Origin: Phycisphaerales bacterium UBA1924
Lineage (GTDB): Bacteria; Planctomycetota; Phycisphaerae; Phycisphaerales; UBA1924
Direction of reading: 5' to 3'
DNA length: 64,000 nucleotides
Assembly (NCBI GenBank): GCA_964229845.1
Contig: CAXREY010000038.1
Coordinates: 3,317 to 67,316 of the forward strand
Shown here: in pieces, positions 42,247-51,143 of the stretch
Layout: each line of letters opens with the position of its first letter
How positions within the stretch are numbered: position 1 is the stretch's first letter
The notes under the pieces: generated by a model
What the model was told of the DNA's origin: nothing
The model's database searches: none
Seen by the model: only the letters and a program-made list of their open reading frames with translations
Translations under genes and position numbers: made by a program

Positions 42247-43794
42247 ATGAGCAGCACAGAGCCCCAGCCGGAGAATCGCGCCCTTATCGTCGGTAGCGCC
42301 AGCGCGTGCGATCGACTGATCAGGCAGCTGCGCGCCATCGACGAGGCCGCCTCGATCGTGGGCGTCGTCACCACCGAGCCCACGGACACGCCGGCCATCG
42401 GCGACGCCCCGGTCCTCGGAACCATCGAGGAACTCGTCGCCATCTGCGCGACCAGCGCCGTCACCAGCGCCATCGTCACCCTCCCCGCGTCCGAGCGGGC
42501 CCTCTGGCGGACCATCAGCGTCTCGCTGCACCGGGCCGGCGTCATCGAGCGCTTCGTGCCCCCGATCGACGAGCTGCTGCACAGCGCCCCGACCGCCGTC
42601 GCCACCGGCACGGTCACGGTGGGCTCCCCCCGCATCGACCTGGCCAAGCTCGTCGGGCGCGAGGCCCACGCCATCGACCGCGAGCTGGTGTCGAGCACGC
42701 TCAACCGCAAGACCGTCCTCGTAACCGGCGCGGGCGGGTCGATCGGTTCGGAGCTCGTGCGACAGGTTGCCAGCTACCAGCCCAGCCGCATAGTCCTGAT
42801 GGAACGTGCCGAGAACGCCCTGTTCGAGGTCGACCGCGCCCTGCGTGAGCTGTACCCGGAGATCGAGCGCGTCGCGGTCCTGCACGACGTGGTCGATGCA
42901 AGCCGCACGCTGGGCCTGCTGGAGCGCTACCAGCCCGACGTCGTCTTCCATGCCGCCGCCCACAAGCACGTGCCCCTGATGGAGGACCACCCCTCCCACG
43001 CCGTGACCAACAACTTGTTTGGCACCAAGGCCATCGCCGACGCCGCGGTGACGGTGGGGGCGGAGCGCTTCGTGCTGATCTCGTCCGACAAGGCCGTCAA
43101 CCCCGTCAACGTCATGGGCGCGACCAAACGCCTCGCGGAGATGTATGTCCAATCGCTGGCAACGATGGCGGGCATCCAGACCCGCCTGAGCATGGTCCGC
43201 TTCGGCAACGTGCTTGGCTCGGCTTGCTCGGTCCTGCCCATCTGGGCCGACCAGATCGCCGCCGGACGCCCGCTGACCGTCACCGACGAGCGCATGACGA
43301 GATATTTCATGACCATCCCCGAAGCCGCGACGCTGGTGATGCAGGCGGGGGCCATGTCAGGAAATGGGGCCGGTCACGGCTTCGGCCACATCGAGCACGG
43401 CCGCTCGGGCGAGGTGTTTGTTCTTGATATGGGCGAGCCCATCGAGATCTTCAAGCTCGCCAAACGCTTCATCCGCGCCTGCGGCTACGAGCCCACCATC
43501 GGTCACCCCATGGGCACCAAGCCCAACACCGTCCCCATCGTCCTCACCGGCGCCCGCCCGGGCGAGAAGCTCTACGAGGAGCTCAGCTACGACGCTCAGG
43601 GCCTCATGACCACCAGCCATCCAGGCATCTACGCCCTCGACGAGGAGGCCGACGTCTCCGAGTCGCGCATTGCCCAGATGGTGTCCGCCATGGACGAGGT
43701 CCGGCGCAGCCAGTCCCGCAAGAGCGTGCTCGAGCAGATCGCGCGGTTCATCCCGACGATGAACACAAAGTCCCGCTCGGTCTCCGCGGCGTGA
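42247..43794 (+). CDS. Polysaccharide biosynthesis protein, CapD/PglF/WbpM-like NDP-sugar 4,6-dehydratase
   Basis: Rossmann motif VLVTGAGGSIGSEL, HAAAHKHVPLME, ISSDKAVNPVNVMGATKRLAE. Confidence 0.85.
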   Translation: MSSTEPQPENRALIVGSASACDRLIRQLRAIDEAASIVGVVTTEPTDTPAIGDAPVLGTIEELVAICATSAVTSAIVTLPASERALWRTISVSLHRAGVIERFVPPIDELLHSAPTAVATGTVTVGSPRIDLAKLVGREAHAIDRELVSSTLNRKTVLVTGAGGSIGSELVRQVASYQPSRIVLMERAENALFEVDRALRELYPEIERVAVLHDVVDASRTLGLLERYQPDVVFHAAAHKHVPLMEDHPSHAVTNNLFGTKAIADAAVTVGAERFVLISSDKAVNPVNVMGATKRLAEMYVQSLATMAGIQTRLSMVRFGNVLGSACSVLPIWADQIAAGRPLTVTDERMTRYFMTIPEAATLVMQAGAMSGNGAGHGFGHIEHGRSGEVFVLDMGEPIEIFKLAKRFIRACGYEPTIGHPMGTKPNTVPIVLTGARPGEKLYEELSYDAQGLMTTSHPGIYALDEEADVSESRIAQMVSAMDEVRRSQSRKSVLEQIARFIPTMNTKSRSVSAA

Positions 43795-43854
43795 GCATCG
43801 AAAGATATTTGGTCTTCGATTCGGTATAGTTTGTCCTCGATGAGGGGGTGAGCA

Positions 43855-44214
43855 GTGGGCGAGAACTTGCCAATACAGCTTGTGGTTTGGTATTTTGTGT
43901 TTAGCACTTTTTCATACTACCAGCTGCTTCATTTAAAAGACTTCCGCGGTGCGAGCAATGGGTTTGAACTGGCGCTGACACTGTCGACCATGGCCTCATT
44001 TCTGAGTGGATTGGTCTTCCATGTCTATTATGGCTGGAATACGAAGTGGTACCTTCCATTTGTCCTCATCGGGATTGGTATCGCACTTCAAGCTATTTGG
44101 TTTCTAGTAGAGGCAGTGCTGGGATTGCGAGGCCTGAGACTCACACTGAGTCTGCTCGGCTTTGTAGCTTGGCCAATGGCAGCTATTTTTCTGTTTAGAT
44201 CGGTACCGGCGTGA
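43855..44214 (+). CDS. Small integral membrane protein, hypothetical
   Basis: GTG start after GAGGGGG. Four hydrophobic helices. A/T-richer composition than the flanks. Confidence 0.5.
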   Translation: MGENLPIQLVVWYFVFSTFSYYQLLHLKDFRGASNGFELALTLSTMASFLSGLVFHVYYGWNTKWYLPFVLIGIGIALQAIWFLVEAVLGLRGLRLTLSLLGFVAWPMAAIFLFRSVPA

Positions 44215-44690
44215 AGACACAAGGCTCGCATGTCGTAACCCTACGCGACCCGACCGACGCCGACTTCGAGCTTATCTTTGCCATGATGCAGGATCCCGTC
44301 GCCAACGCGATGTCGATGGTTCACCCGCTGCCACGCGAGCGCTTCGAGCTGCGCTGGCACAGCACCAGCGACGACTCGAGCATCCGCAAGAAGGTCATCC
44401 TCTGCGACGGCGTGGTCGTCGGCAAGGTCTCCAGCTTCACCGTCGAGGACGAGACGCACGTGGGCTACCTCGTTGCGCAATCGCACTGGGGCAAGGGCAT
44501 CATGAGCGAAGCGCTCCGCCTGTTCCTCGAAGAGCTGACCCACCGCCCACTGATGGCCCACGTCGCGAGCAGCAACACCGCCTCCCGGCGCGTGCTGGAG
44601 AAGTGCGGGTTCGTCCTCATCGACGAACGCGAGTCACCCGAGACGGAGCGCTACATGGCGTGCGTCGAGGCGATATACGAGCTGCGTTGA
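44211..44690 (+). CDS. GNAT-family N-acetyltransferase
   Basis: WGKGIMSEALRLFLEEL...ASSNTASRRVLEKCGF (acetyl-CoA binding region). The start overlaps the previous stop. Confidence 0.75.
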   Translation: MKTQGSHVVTLRDPTDADFELIFAMMQDPVANAMSMVHPLPRERFELRWHSTSDDSSIRKKVILCDGVVVGKVSSFTVEDETHVGYLVAQSHWGKGIMSEALRLFLEELTHRPLMAHVASSNTASRRVLEKCGFVLIDERESPETERYMACVEAIYELR

Positions 44691-44708
44691 GCGAATCTAT
44701 ACTCTGAC

Positions 44709-45830
44709 ATGAATCATCGAGTTATCAATGCTCTCATTGCCTTCGTTCTCTTGCTAGGCGGATGTGCAATATCAAAGCGTCCGGATCATGACGCGCAGCC
44801 GGATCTCTTGCCATTCGCGATAATGCAAGACGATATTGTCTTCCTGAACACGATGGGTGAAGTCGTTCATCGTGTACCAGCGACGGAAGAGTACACGGTT
44901 GCACATGTGTTAAACAAACGGTACTTCTATTCCGTGAATACGTTCGAAGATCCGTTCGTTTATGTGCTGTACGACTCGGGAGGTGACGTCGTTGCAAAGC
45001 TGTCGGAGATTCCGGTTGCTGTCAGCGAGGGTCATGTCGCGGTCTATGTTGACGACTTGACTCCGGAGCTTGCGTCCAGCGGCGTAGTTGCGTTCCCTTT
45101 GAAAGCACTGGCCAGTGAGATCGGCTGGGTCGAGAGTGCCGGGTTGTTATTCGTGCGGCTCGACAACAAAGATCGTGAAACAGTTGTTCTTGATGTTCGT
45201 GACCAGTACCGTGAGGTCAAGCGGTTTCGGTTCGCGTATGTCAACTCTATTGCTGATCAGCTTGTAGGAATGCGCGATCGCGCTGGTGGACCATGGGTGA
45301 TCGGGCACGATCTCGATCGTGTATCAGGTGATAACACTTGGGTACAAACAGGTCCGACGGGGCCGTACTACACAAGGCGTGAGTCATTGCTTGATGAAGA
45401 TGGTCAAGAGGTCTTCGGTAACATCCAGGTGTGTCGAATGGGCCAGGTGCTTTTCGAGTTGCCTGACGAGTTTGTCCGGGCGTTTGTCTTTGCTTCCGGG
45501 TTGGTATGGGCAGAGAGTGTTCAAGAGAAGGGGTATGTGTATTCGCTTGAGGGCGAGATGCTTGAGCATCGAGAGGGCTGGCAGCTCTATCAGGCGACAA
45601 CGCCATGCAGGTTCGCCTTGTTCAAGATCGAGGGCGAGGAGGGTGTCTTTGTAGTTGATGAAGACATTGAGATCGTGGCAAAGATCCAATCAGATAACGC
45701 GTTGGTATCAATTACTCACGAGGGCTACATACGCAGCAGAAGCAGATCGGAACCGAATCGTGTGTTCGATCAGTATGGTGGACTGATTTGGGAAGACTTA
45801 AGCCCAACTGAAGCTAGTTCAACTCCCTGA
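44709..45830 (+). CDS. Hypothetical lipoprotein
   Basis: Lipobox in MNHRVINALIAFVLLLGGCAISK. A/T-richer. No family recognised. Confidence 0.6.
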   Translation: MNHRVINALIAFVLLLGGCAISKRPDHDAQPDLLPFAIMQDDIVFLNTMGEVVHRVPATEEYTVAHVLNKRYFYSVNTFEDPFVYVLYDSGGDVVAKLSEIPVAVSEGHVAVYVDDLTPELASSGVVAFPLKALASEIGWVESAGLLFVRLDNKDRETVVLDVRDQYREVKRFRFAYVNSIADQLVGMRDRAGGPWVIGHDLDRVSGDNTWVQTGPTGPYYTRRESLLDEDGQEVFGNIQVCRMGQVLFELPDEFVRAFVFASGLVWAESVQEKGYVYSLEGEMLEHREGWQLYQATTPCRFALFKIEGEEGVFVVDEDIEIVAKIQSDNALVSITHEGYIRSRSRSEPNRVFDQYGGLIWEDLSPTEASSTP

Positions 45831-48800
45831 TCCGCGCATTACGGAACTCCACCGTCATCGGGTCCTGTCGCCCGCCGACGTCGTGGACCTGGAACCCGAT
45901 GTGCCCCTCGGGTGTCATCGCGTCGAAGATCTCCGCCGCCGGCACGCCGTTGATCCAGGTGCGGATCGTGTCGCCGTGTGCGAGGACGCGGACGGTATTC
46001 CACTCGCCCGGGCGGAACGCGCGACGGGGTGAGGGGGTGGTGTGCATCGGGTGGAGCCAGCCGCGTCGGGCCTCGTCGTAGATGCCTGCTGAGTATGCGC
46101 GGGGCGCAGGGTCCAGCTCGATCTGGTAGCCGCGGAGCCCGCCGCTGCGGTTGTCGAAGCCGTCGATGACGTGGGAGCGGATCTGGACGCCCGAGTTGAG
46201 CTCGGGGTGGACGCGTGCCTCGTAGATCAGCTCGAAGTCGCCGTACTCCTTGCGTGTGGTATAGAAGGTGTTGCGTGAGTTGGGGACGCTGGTGCCGGTG
46301 AGGACGCCGTTCTCCATGGTGTAGGGTGCGCGTCCGCCACGGATCACCCAATCGGATTCCTCGGTGTCCTCGAACAGGCGCGTCCACGGGCCCGGCGTGG
46401 GTTCTGGTGCATCGTCAAGCGGCGCGATCCACGCGTTGCGATACCGGACGGGTCCCTCGGCGCGGGTCGCGTGGTCCTGGAGCACGAGCGGGCCGATCAT
46501 GCGATCGAGCCCCTCAGCGGGTGATTCGCCGCCGGCCCGCTGCGAGCCGGTCGGGTGGGGGAGCTCGACATCGTCGTGGATGAGTTGCCCGTTCCAGTAG
46601 ACGGTGGCGCGGGCGTTCTCGGTCTTGTTGCCGTCACCATCGAAGCGGGCTGCGCGGAACCAGATGTCGTACGCCTGCCAGTTGCCCGGGCCGTTGGACG
46701 CGTTGGTATCAGCGGGTTTGATGTTGTAGAACGCCCCGGCCTCGTTGGGCGCCAGCGGTTCGTTGCCCGTCTTCGTGCCCAGCACCTGCAGCTCGTACTT
46801 GCCCTGCAGGTACACGCCCGAGTTGCCCGCCATCTGCCCAGAGCCGCCGGGCGGCGAGAGCCATTCGATGTGGATGCGCGCATCGCCGAACGAGGTGGTG
46901 GAGGACAGGTCGCCCGAGCCGTTGCCGACGGCCATGTACCCCTGCGCGTTGAGCAGGTCGCCTTGCGTCGCGTTGGTCATGGGGTAGGGGCGGTTGGCGT
47001 AGCGCATCGCCGCGCCGGTGGAGCGGGCGATCAGCGTGACCCCGTCGGCGGGGGGGAGGATGCCGAGGCCCACGCCGTGTAGTGACGAGTCGATGAGCTG
47101 GTCGGCGATGGATGAATCTGGTGCACCGTTGGGGATCTGGTTGAGGGTGTACCAGGCCTCGGTGGACCAGATCGGTTCGCCCGACTCGCTCTCCAGATCC
47201 GCGACGATGTGATACACGCGACCCGGCTCGAAGCTCTTGATGTGGAGGCGTGCAGAGTTTGGTGGAAAGCTGGAGACGGTGGAGATCGTGTGTGATCGTA
47301 CGTCGATCTTCGGGCCGCCGTATCCTGCTGTTGGTTCGTACTTCCACGAGGAAACGGTGAAGCTGCTTGGATTGCCTGCACTCTTTTGATCACAGTCTTG
47401 TGTAAAAGCGATCTCGAAACCTGCGTTGAATGCTCGCACGCTCATCATTTCAAACACCGATGTGTCGTTCGGCGTCAGCCGCTGCAGTCCAAACTGCGTC
47501 CCCCGCCAGTTCCAGTTCCCGCCCGCGCCGATCCCCGCGACGATGAGCGACCCGTCGGGTGCCCACGCCATGCGATTGACGCCCGATTCGAGCCCCTGCG
47601 TGAACCGGAAGAGTGCACCCTGCAACTGCCCGTTCACTCGCTCAAGGAACACCCGTCGGACACCACCCGCCGTGAGTTCGCCGACGAGCATCTGCCCCTT
47701 GAACGGCCCCTCCGTGATCGGCAGCGGCTGCGTCGGTGAGTTCACCACCTCGTTCTGCGGCAGCCACACCGCCGGGGGCGTCCGCGGGCGATCCGCGTAG
47801 ACGCTCGGGTGCCCGCCGTGCGGGAAGCGGTCGGCGAGGTTGGGGACGAAGTTGGCATTGTTGTAGTGCCCATAGAAGCGTCCGGGGATGATCTCGGCGA
47901 GCACGGAGCTGGGCATCCATGTGCCCTGATTGTCGAGGTAGACCAGTGCACCATCGGGCGTGACGCCCAGCCCGTTGGGCGTGCGCAAGCCGCCGGCGAT
48001 GACGTGGGCGGTCTTGGCCTCGACGTCGATCTCGATGAGCCCGCCCCGCATGGGGCCGTTGGGGCCGGCGTTGTCCTGCATCCCCTCCCACGCGGGCGGT
48101 GCCATCGCGGTGGACAGCGCGGCGTAGAGCTTGCCGTTGTGGGGGAGAAGCCCGAACACGAACTGGTGGTAGTTCCACCCCTCCCATCCGTCGGCGATGA
48201 GCTCGTGGGTCTCGAAGTAGCCGTCGTTGTCGGTATCGACGAGTCGTTCGACCTTCTTGCGGTGCGCGACGTACAGCTCACCCTCGTGCACGCACAGGGC
48301 ACTGGGCTCGTAGAGGTCCGTCGCGATCTCGACGACCTCGATCTCGGACTGATCCTCCGCGTCCCAGTTGAGGATCGCGTAGAGCTTGTCGGGCTCCTTG
48401 GAGTCGATGTCGGGCAGCGAAGTGTCATCACGCTGCAACGGATCAAACGTGCCGACGACGAGGCGTCCGTCGGGCAGGAAGCACATCGCGCCGACCTTGG
48501 GCTCGAACCCCTCGGGGCGGATGGTGCTCAGGTCCCAGCCCGGGTGCACGCCGGTGAGCGCCCGCCGATCGCCCGGGCGGTTCTGGCCGACGATCTGCTT
48601 CATGCCCGGCGAGGTGACGCGCGTCAGGTCGCGTGGCGTGCGGAGGTTGTCGCTGGTGATGACGGCAAAGTCGAGGTCGTCGGGGCCGATCCACTCGAGC
48701 TTGATGACGCTGTTGCCTCCGGCATCGAAGTGATCGATCCGCAGCCGGTGCGCGCCGGCGCGGAGCTGGATCCGTTCGCTGTTCTTCGTCGTCGCGCCGT

Positions 48801-49143
48801 GTCGCCCGTCGTGGTCGATGATGACCTGCCCATCGAGCGTGACCCGGGCGCCGTCGTCGGAGGTGAGCATGAAGGCGTACGCCCCGGGGTGCTCGACGAG
48901 GAGCTCGGCGGTGATCTCGGTGGCGAACGGGGCGGGTAGGCCGGCGAAGTCATCCGTGCTGAAGTCGATCGCCTCGCGGAGCTGATCGAGGTTCGGCGTC
49001 TGGTCCGGTGCGATCTCGGGGATCTTCTGGAGATCGCCCTCGACCTGGTAGACCCTGAATGTCGCGCCTGGATCGGTCTCCTGGGCGTTGGACAGGGCGC
49101 AGCACAGCGAAGTGACGAAGAGCATCAATCGGTGGGTGATCAT
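45814..49143 (-). CDS. Large secreted multidomain protein: PA14 domain, central beta-propeller-like region and two C-terminal DUF1080 (3-keto-disaccharide hydrolase/LamG-like) domains
   Basis: Start at MITHRLMLFVTSLCCALSNAQE. PA14-like segment ATFRVYQVEG...AYAFMLTSDDGARVTLDGQVIIDHDG...IKLEWIGPD. DUF1080-like blocks NSGVYLQGKYELQVLG and NSGVQIRSH...GYQIELD...AGIYD. Confidence 0.7.
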   Translation of the reverse strand: MITHRLMLFVTSLCCALSNAQETDPGATFRVYQVEGDLQKIPEIAPDQTPNLDQLREAIDFSTDDFAGLPAPFATEITAELLVEHPGAYAFMLTSDDGARVTLDGQVIIDHDGRHGATTKNSERIQLRAGAHRLRIDHFDAGGNSVIKLEWIGPDDLDFAVITSDNLRTPRDLTRVTSPGMKQIVGQNRPGDRRALTGVHPGWDLSTIRPEGFEPKVGAMCFLPDGRLVVGTFDPLQRDDTSLPDIDSKEPDKLYAILNWDAEDQSEIEVVEIATDLYEPSALCVHEGELYVAHRKKVERLVDTDNDGYFETHELIADGWEGWNYHQFVFGLLPHNGKLYAALSTAMAPPAWEGMQDNAGPNGPMRGGLIEIDVEAKTAHVIAGGLRTPNGLGVTPDGALVYLDNQGTWMPSSVLAEIIPGRFYGHYNNANFVPNLADRFPHGGHPSVYADRPRTPPAVWLPQNEVVNSPTQPLPITEGPFKGQMLVGELTAGGVRRVFLERVNGQLQGALFRFTQGLESGVNRMAWAPDGSLIVAGIGAGGNWNWRGTQFGLQRLTPNDTSVFEMMSVRAFNAGFEIAFTQDCDQKSAGNPSSFTVSSWKYEPTAGYGGPKIDVRSHTISTVSSFPPNSARLHIKSFEPGRVYHIVADLESESGEPIWSTEAWYTLNQIPNGAPDSSIADQLIDSSLHGVGLGILPPADGVTLIARSTGAAMRYANRPYPMTNATQGDLLNAQGYMAVGNGSGDLSSTTSFGDARIHIEWLSPPGGSGQMAGNSGVYLQGKYELQVLGTKTGNEPLAPNEAGAFYNIKPADTNASNGPGNWQAYDIWFRAARFDGDGNKTENARATVYWNGQLIHDDVELPHPTGSQRAGGESPAEGLDRMIGPLVLQDHATRAEGPVRYRNAWIAPLDDAPEPTPGPWTRLFEDTEESDWVIRGGRAPYTMENGVLTGTSVPNSRNTFYTTRKEYGDFELIYEARVHPELNSGVQIRSHVIDGFDNRSGGLRGYQIELDPAPRAYSAGIYDEARRGWLHPMHTTPSPRRAFRPGEWNTVRVLAHGDTIRTWINGVPAAEIFDAMTPEGHIGFQVHDVGGRQDPMTVEFRNARIRELN

Positions 49144-49250
49144 GGCCAAATAGTACAGGAAAGTAGTTGCGTGGGCAGTTGGGTCAAAAAGTTGATCAAA
49201 AACCAAACAAGCATGTTGACGTGCGTTCGGGTTTTGGTACTTTGTCAGGT

Positions 49251-50819
49251 ATGATACCCAAAGTCCGCAGCTTTCTTCTCCAGGGCATCGATGCCCTGCC
49301 CGTCGAAATCGAAGTGGATCTGGATGACACGCAGATCCAGCGGGAGCTCGTGGTGGGGCTCCCGGACACGGCGGTCAAGGAATCGCTCGAGCGTGTGCGT
49401 TCCGCGATGGGCAACTCGGGCTACCCGATGCCGGCGGGGCGAACGCTGATCAACCTGGCCCCGGCCGATGTCCGCAAAGAAGGCCCGATGTATGACCTGC
49501 CGATCGCCGTGGGCGTGATGGTGGCCAGCGGCGTCATCCACCCGGCGCCGGCGGCGGTCAGTCTCGGTGGCGGCTCGATCGCCTTCGAGGATGAGTCTGC
49601 GGGCCTCGATCCCCGCCGGGCATTGATCGCGGGCGAGCTGGCACTGGACGGGCGGATCCGGCCGATCCGGGGTGTGATCGCCATGGTGACCCTTGCGCGA
49701 GATCTGGGTCTGGACGCGGTGGTGGTGCCCGCGCCAAACGCCGCGGAAGCGTCCGTGGTCGAGGGCGTGCGGGTGTTCGGCGTGTCGAGCTTGTCGCAGG
49801 TCGTCGGTTTGTTCAACGGCGAGCTGGATCTGGAGCCGCACCCAACCACGGACGTCTCGGCGATGCTGGAACAAACGAGCGCGGCCGTGGATTTCGCGGA
49901 GGTCAAGGGGCAGGAGTCGGTCAAGCGGGCGCTGGTGGTGGCCGCGGCTGGGCAGCACAACATCGTCATGCTCGGTCCTGCGGGGACGGGCAAGACGATG
50001 ATGGCCAAGGCGCTGCCGGGCATCATGCCCACGATGACACCGAAACAGGCGATCGAGGTCACGCGGATCTACTCCTCCGCCGGGTTGCTGGACGCGAAGC
50101 GTGGGCTGGTTTCCGCGCGTCCGGTGCGCACGCCGCATCACACGGCCAGCTCACCCGCGATCGTGGGCGGCGGCGTGATCCCGAGGGCGGGCGAGATCTC
50201 ATTGGCGCACCACGGGATCCTGTTCCTGGACGAGCTGCCCGAGTTTTCCCGCAACGTGCTCGAGACGATGCGGCAGCCGATGGAAGACCACGTGGTGACC
50301 ATCGCCCGCTCGCACGGCACCGTGCAGTTCCCGGCTTCCTTTATGCTGGTGGCCGCGATGAACCCGACGCCCAAGGGTGACATCGCCCCGGGTGAGGTCG
50401 GGCAGCGTGAGATGCAGCGGTACCTGTCGCGGCTGTCCGGGCCGCTCCTGGATCGCATCGACCTGCACGTGGAAGCACCGGCGGTGCCATGGAGCGAGCT
50501 GAGCGCGAAAGCGACGGGCACGGACACCGCCACGATGCGGGCGCAGGTCATCGCGGCGCGTGAGCGGGGGCTCCGCCGTCAGGGCGAGACGCCCAACTCC
50601 CGATTGCGGGGCAAGGAACTCGATAGCTACATGGCCGTCGAGTCCTCGGCCAAGGCGCTGCTGGAACAGGCGATGACCCAGCTCGGACTCAGCGCCCGCG
50701 CGTACGACAAGATCCGGCGCGTCGCGCTCACGATCTCGGATATTGACGGCTCAGAAACCGTCCGCCCCGAGCACGTTGGTGAGGCGGTCCAGTACCGGCT
50801 GTTGGACCGGAAGCTCTAG
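49251..50819 (+). CDS. comM: YifB/ComM-family Mg-chelatase-like AAA+ ATPase
   Basis: Start MIPKVRSFLLQGIDALPVEIEVDL. Walker A GPAGTGKTMMAKAL, then GILFLDELPEF. A C-terminal helix-hairpin region is present. Confidence 0.88.
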   Translation: MIPKVRSFLLQGIDALPVEIEVDLDDTQIQRELVVGLPDTAVKESLERVRSAMGNSGYPMPAGRTLINLAPADVRKEGPMYDLPIAVGVMVASGVIHPAPAAVSLGGGSIAFEDESAGLDPRRALIAGELALDGRIRPIRGVIAMVTLARDLGLDAVVVPAPNAAEASVVEGVRVFGVSSLSQVVGLFNGELDLEPHPTTDVSAMLEQTSAAVDFAEVKGQESVKRALVVAAAGQHNIVMLGPAGTGKTMMAKALPGIMPTMTPKQAIEVTRIYSSAGLLDAKRGLVSARPVRTPHHTASSPAIVGGGVIPRAGEISLAHHGILFLDELPEFSRNVLETMRQPMEDHVVTIARSHGTVQFPASFMLVAAMNPTPKGDIAPGEVGQREMQRYLSRLSGPLLDRIDLHVEAPAVPWSELSAKATGTDTATMRAQVIAARERGLRRQGETPNSRLRGKELDSYMAVESSAKALLEQAMTQLGLSARAYDKIRRVALTISDIDGSETVRPEHVGEAVQYRLLDRKL

Positions 50820-50823
50820 CGAT

Positions 50824-50940
50824 TCAGCAGATAAAGATCGCGCCCGCTGCGATCACGATTGGGGTCGCGGGCGTGTGCTTGTTGTTGCGAACTGGGCCTG
50901 TCGGTTGTGCTGCGTCGCCGCGTCTGATGGGGTGTTTCAT
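50824..50940 (-). CDS. Possible 38-aa membrane peptide (speculative)
   Basis: My translation: MKHPIRRGDAAQPTGPVRNNKHTPATPIVIAAGAIFIC. AGGAAA lies 5 nt upstream of the ATG. Hydrophobic C-terminal tail. No homology support. Confidence 0.2.
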   Translation of the reverse strand: MKHPIRRGDAAQPTGPVRNNKHTPATPIVIAAGAIFIC

Positions 50941-51143
50941 GGTGATTTCCTGAGGGGGAGGGTGGGGAGCATACTGTTCGTGTATGGATAATAATCAGAA
51001 TAGTTGCGTCTGTCTCGCAACCGTGGTGTGAAACTGCGATACAGGAGGAGTCCGGGCTGCACGCTCGGGCGAAGTCGTGTACGCTTGAAAGCCGTTGATT
51101 GCGACAAGACAGCCGCTTTGTGACCTTTGATGGAGCTCTCTAT

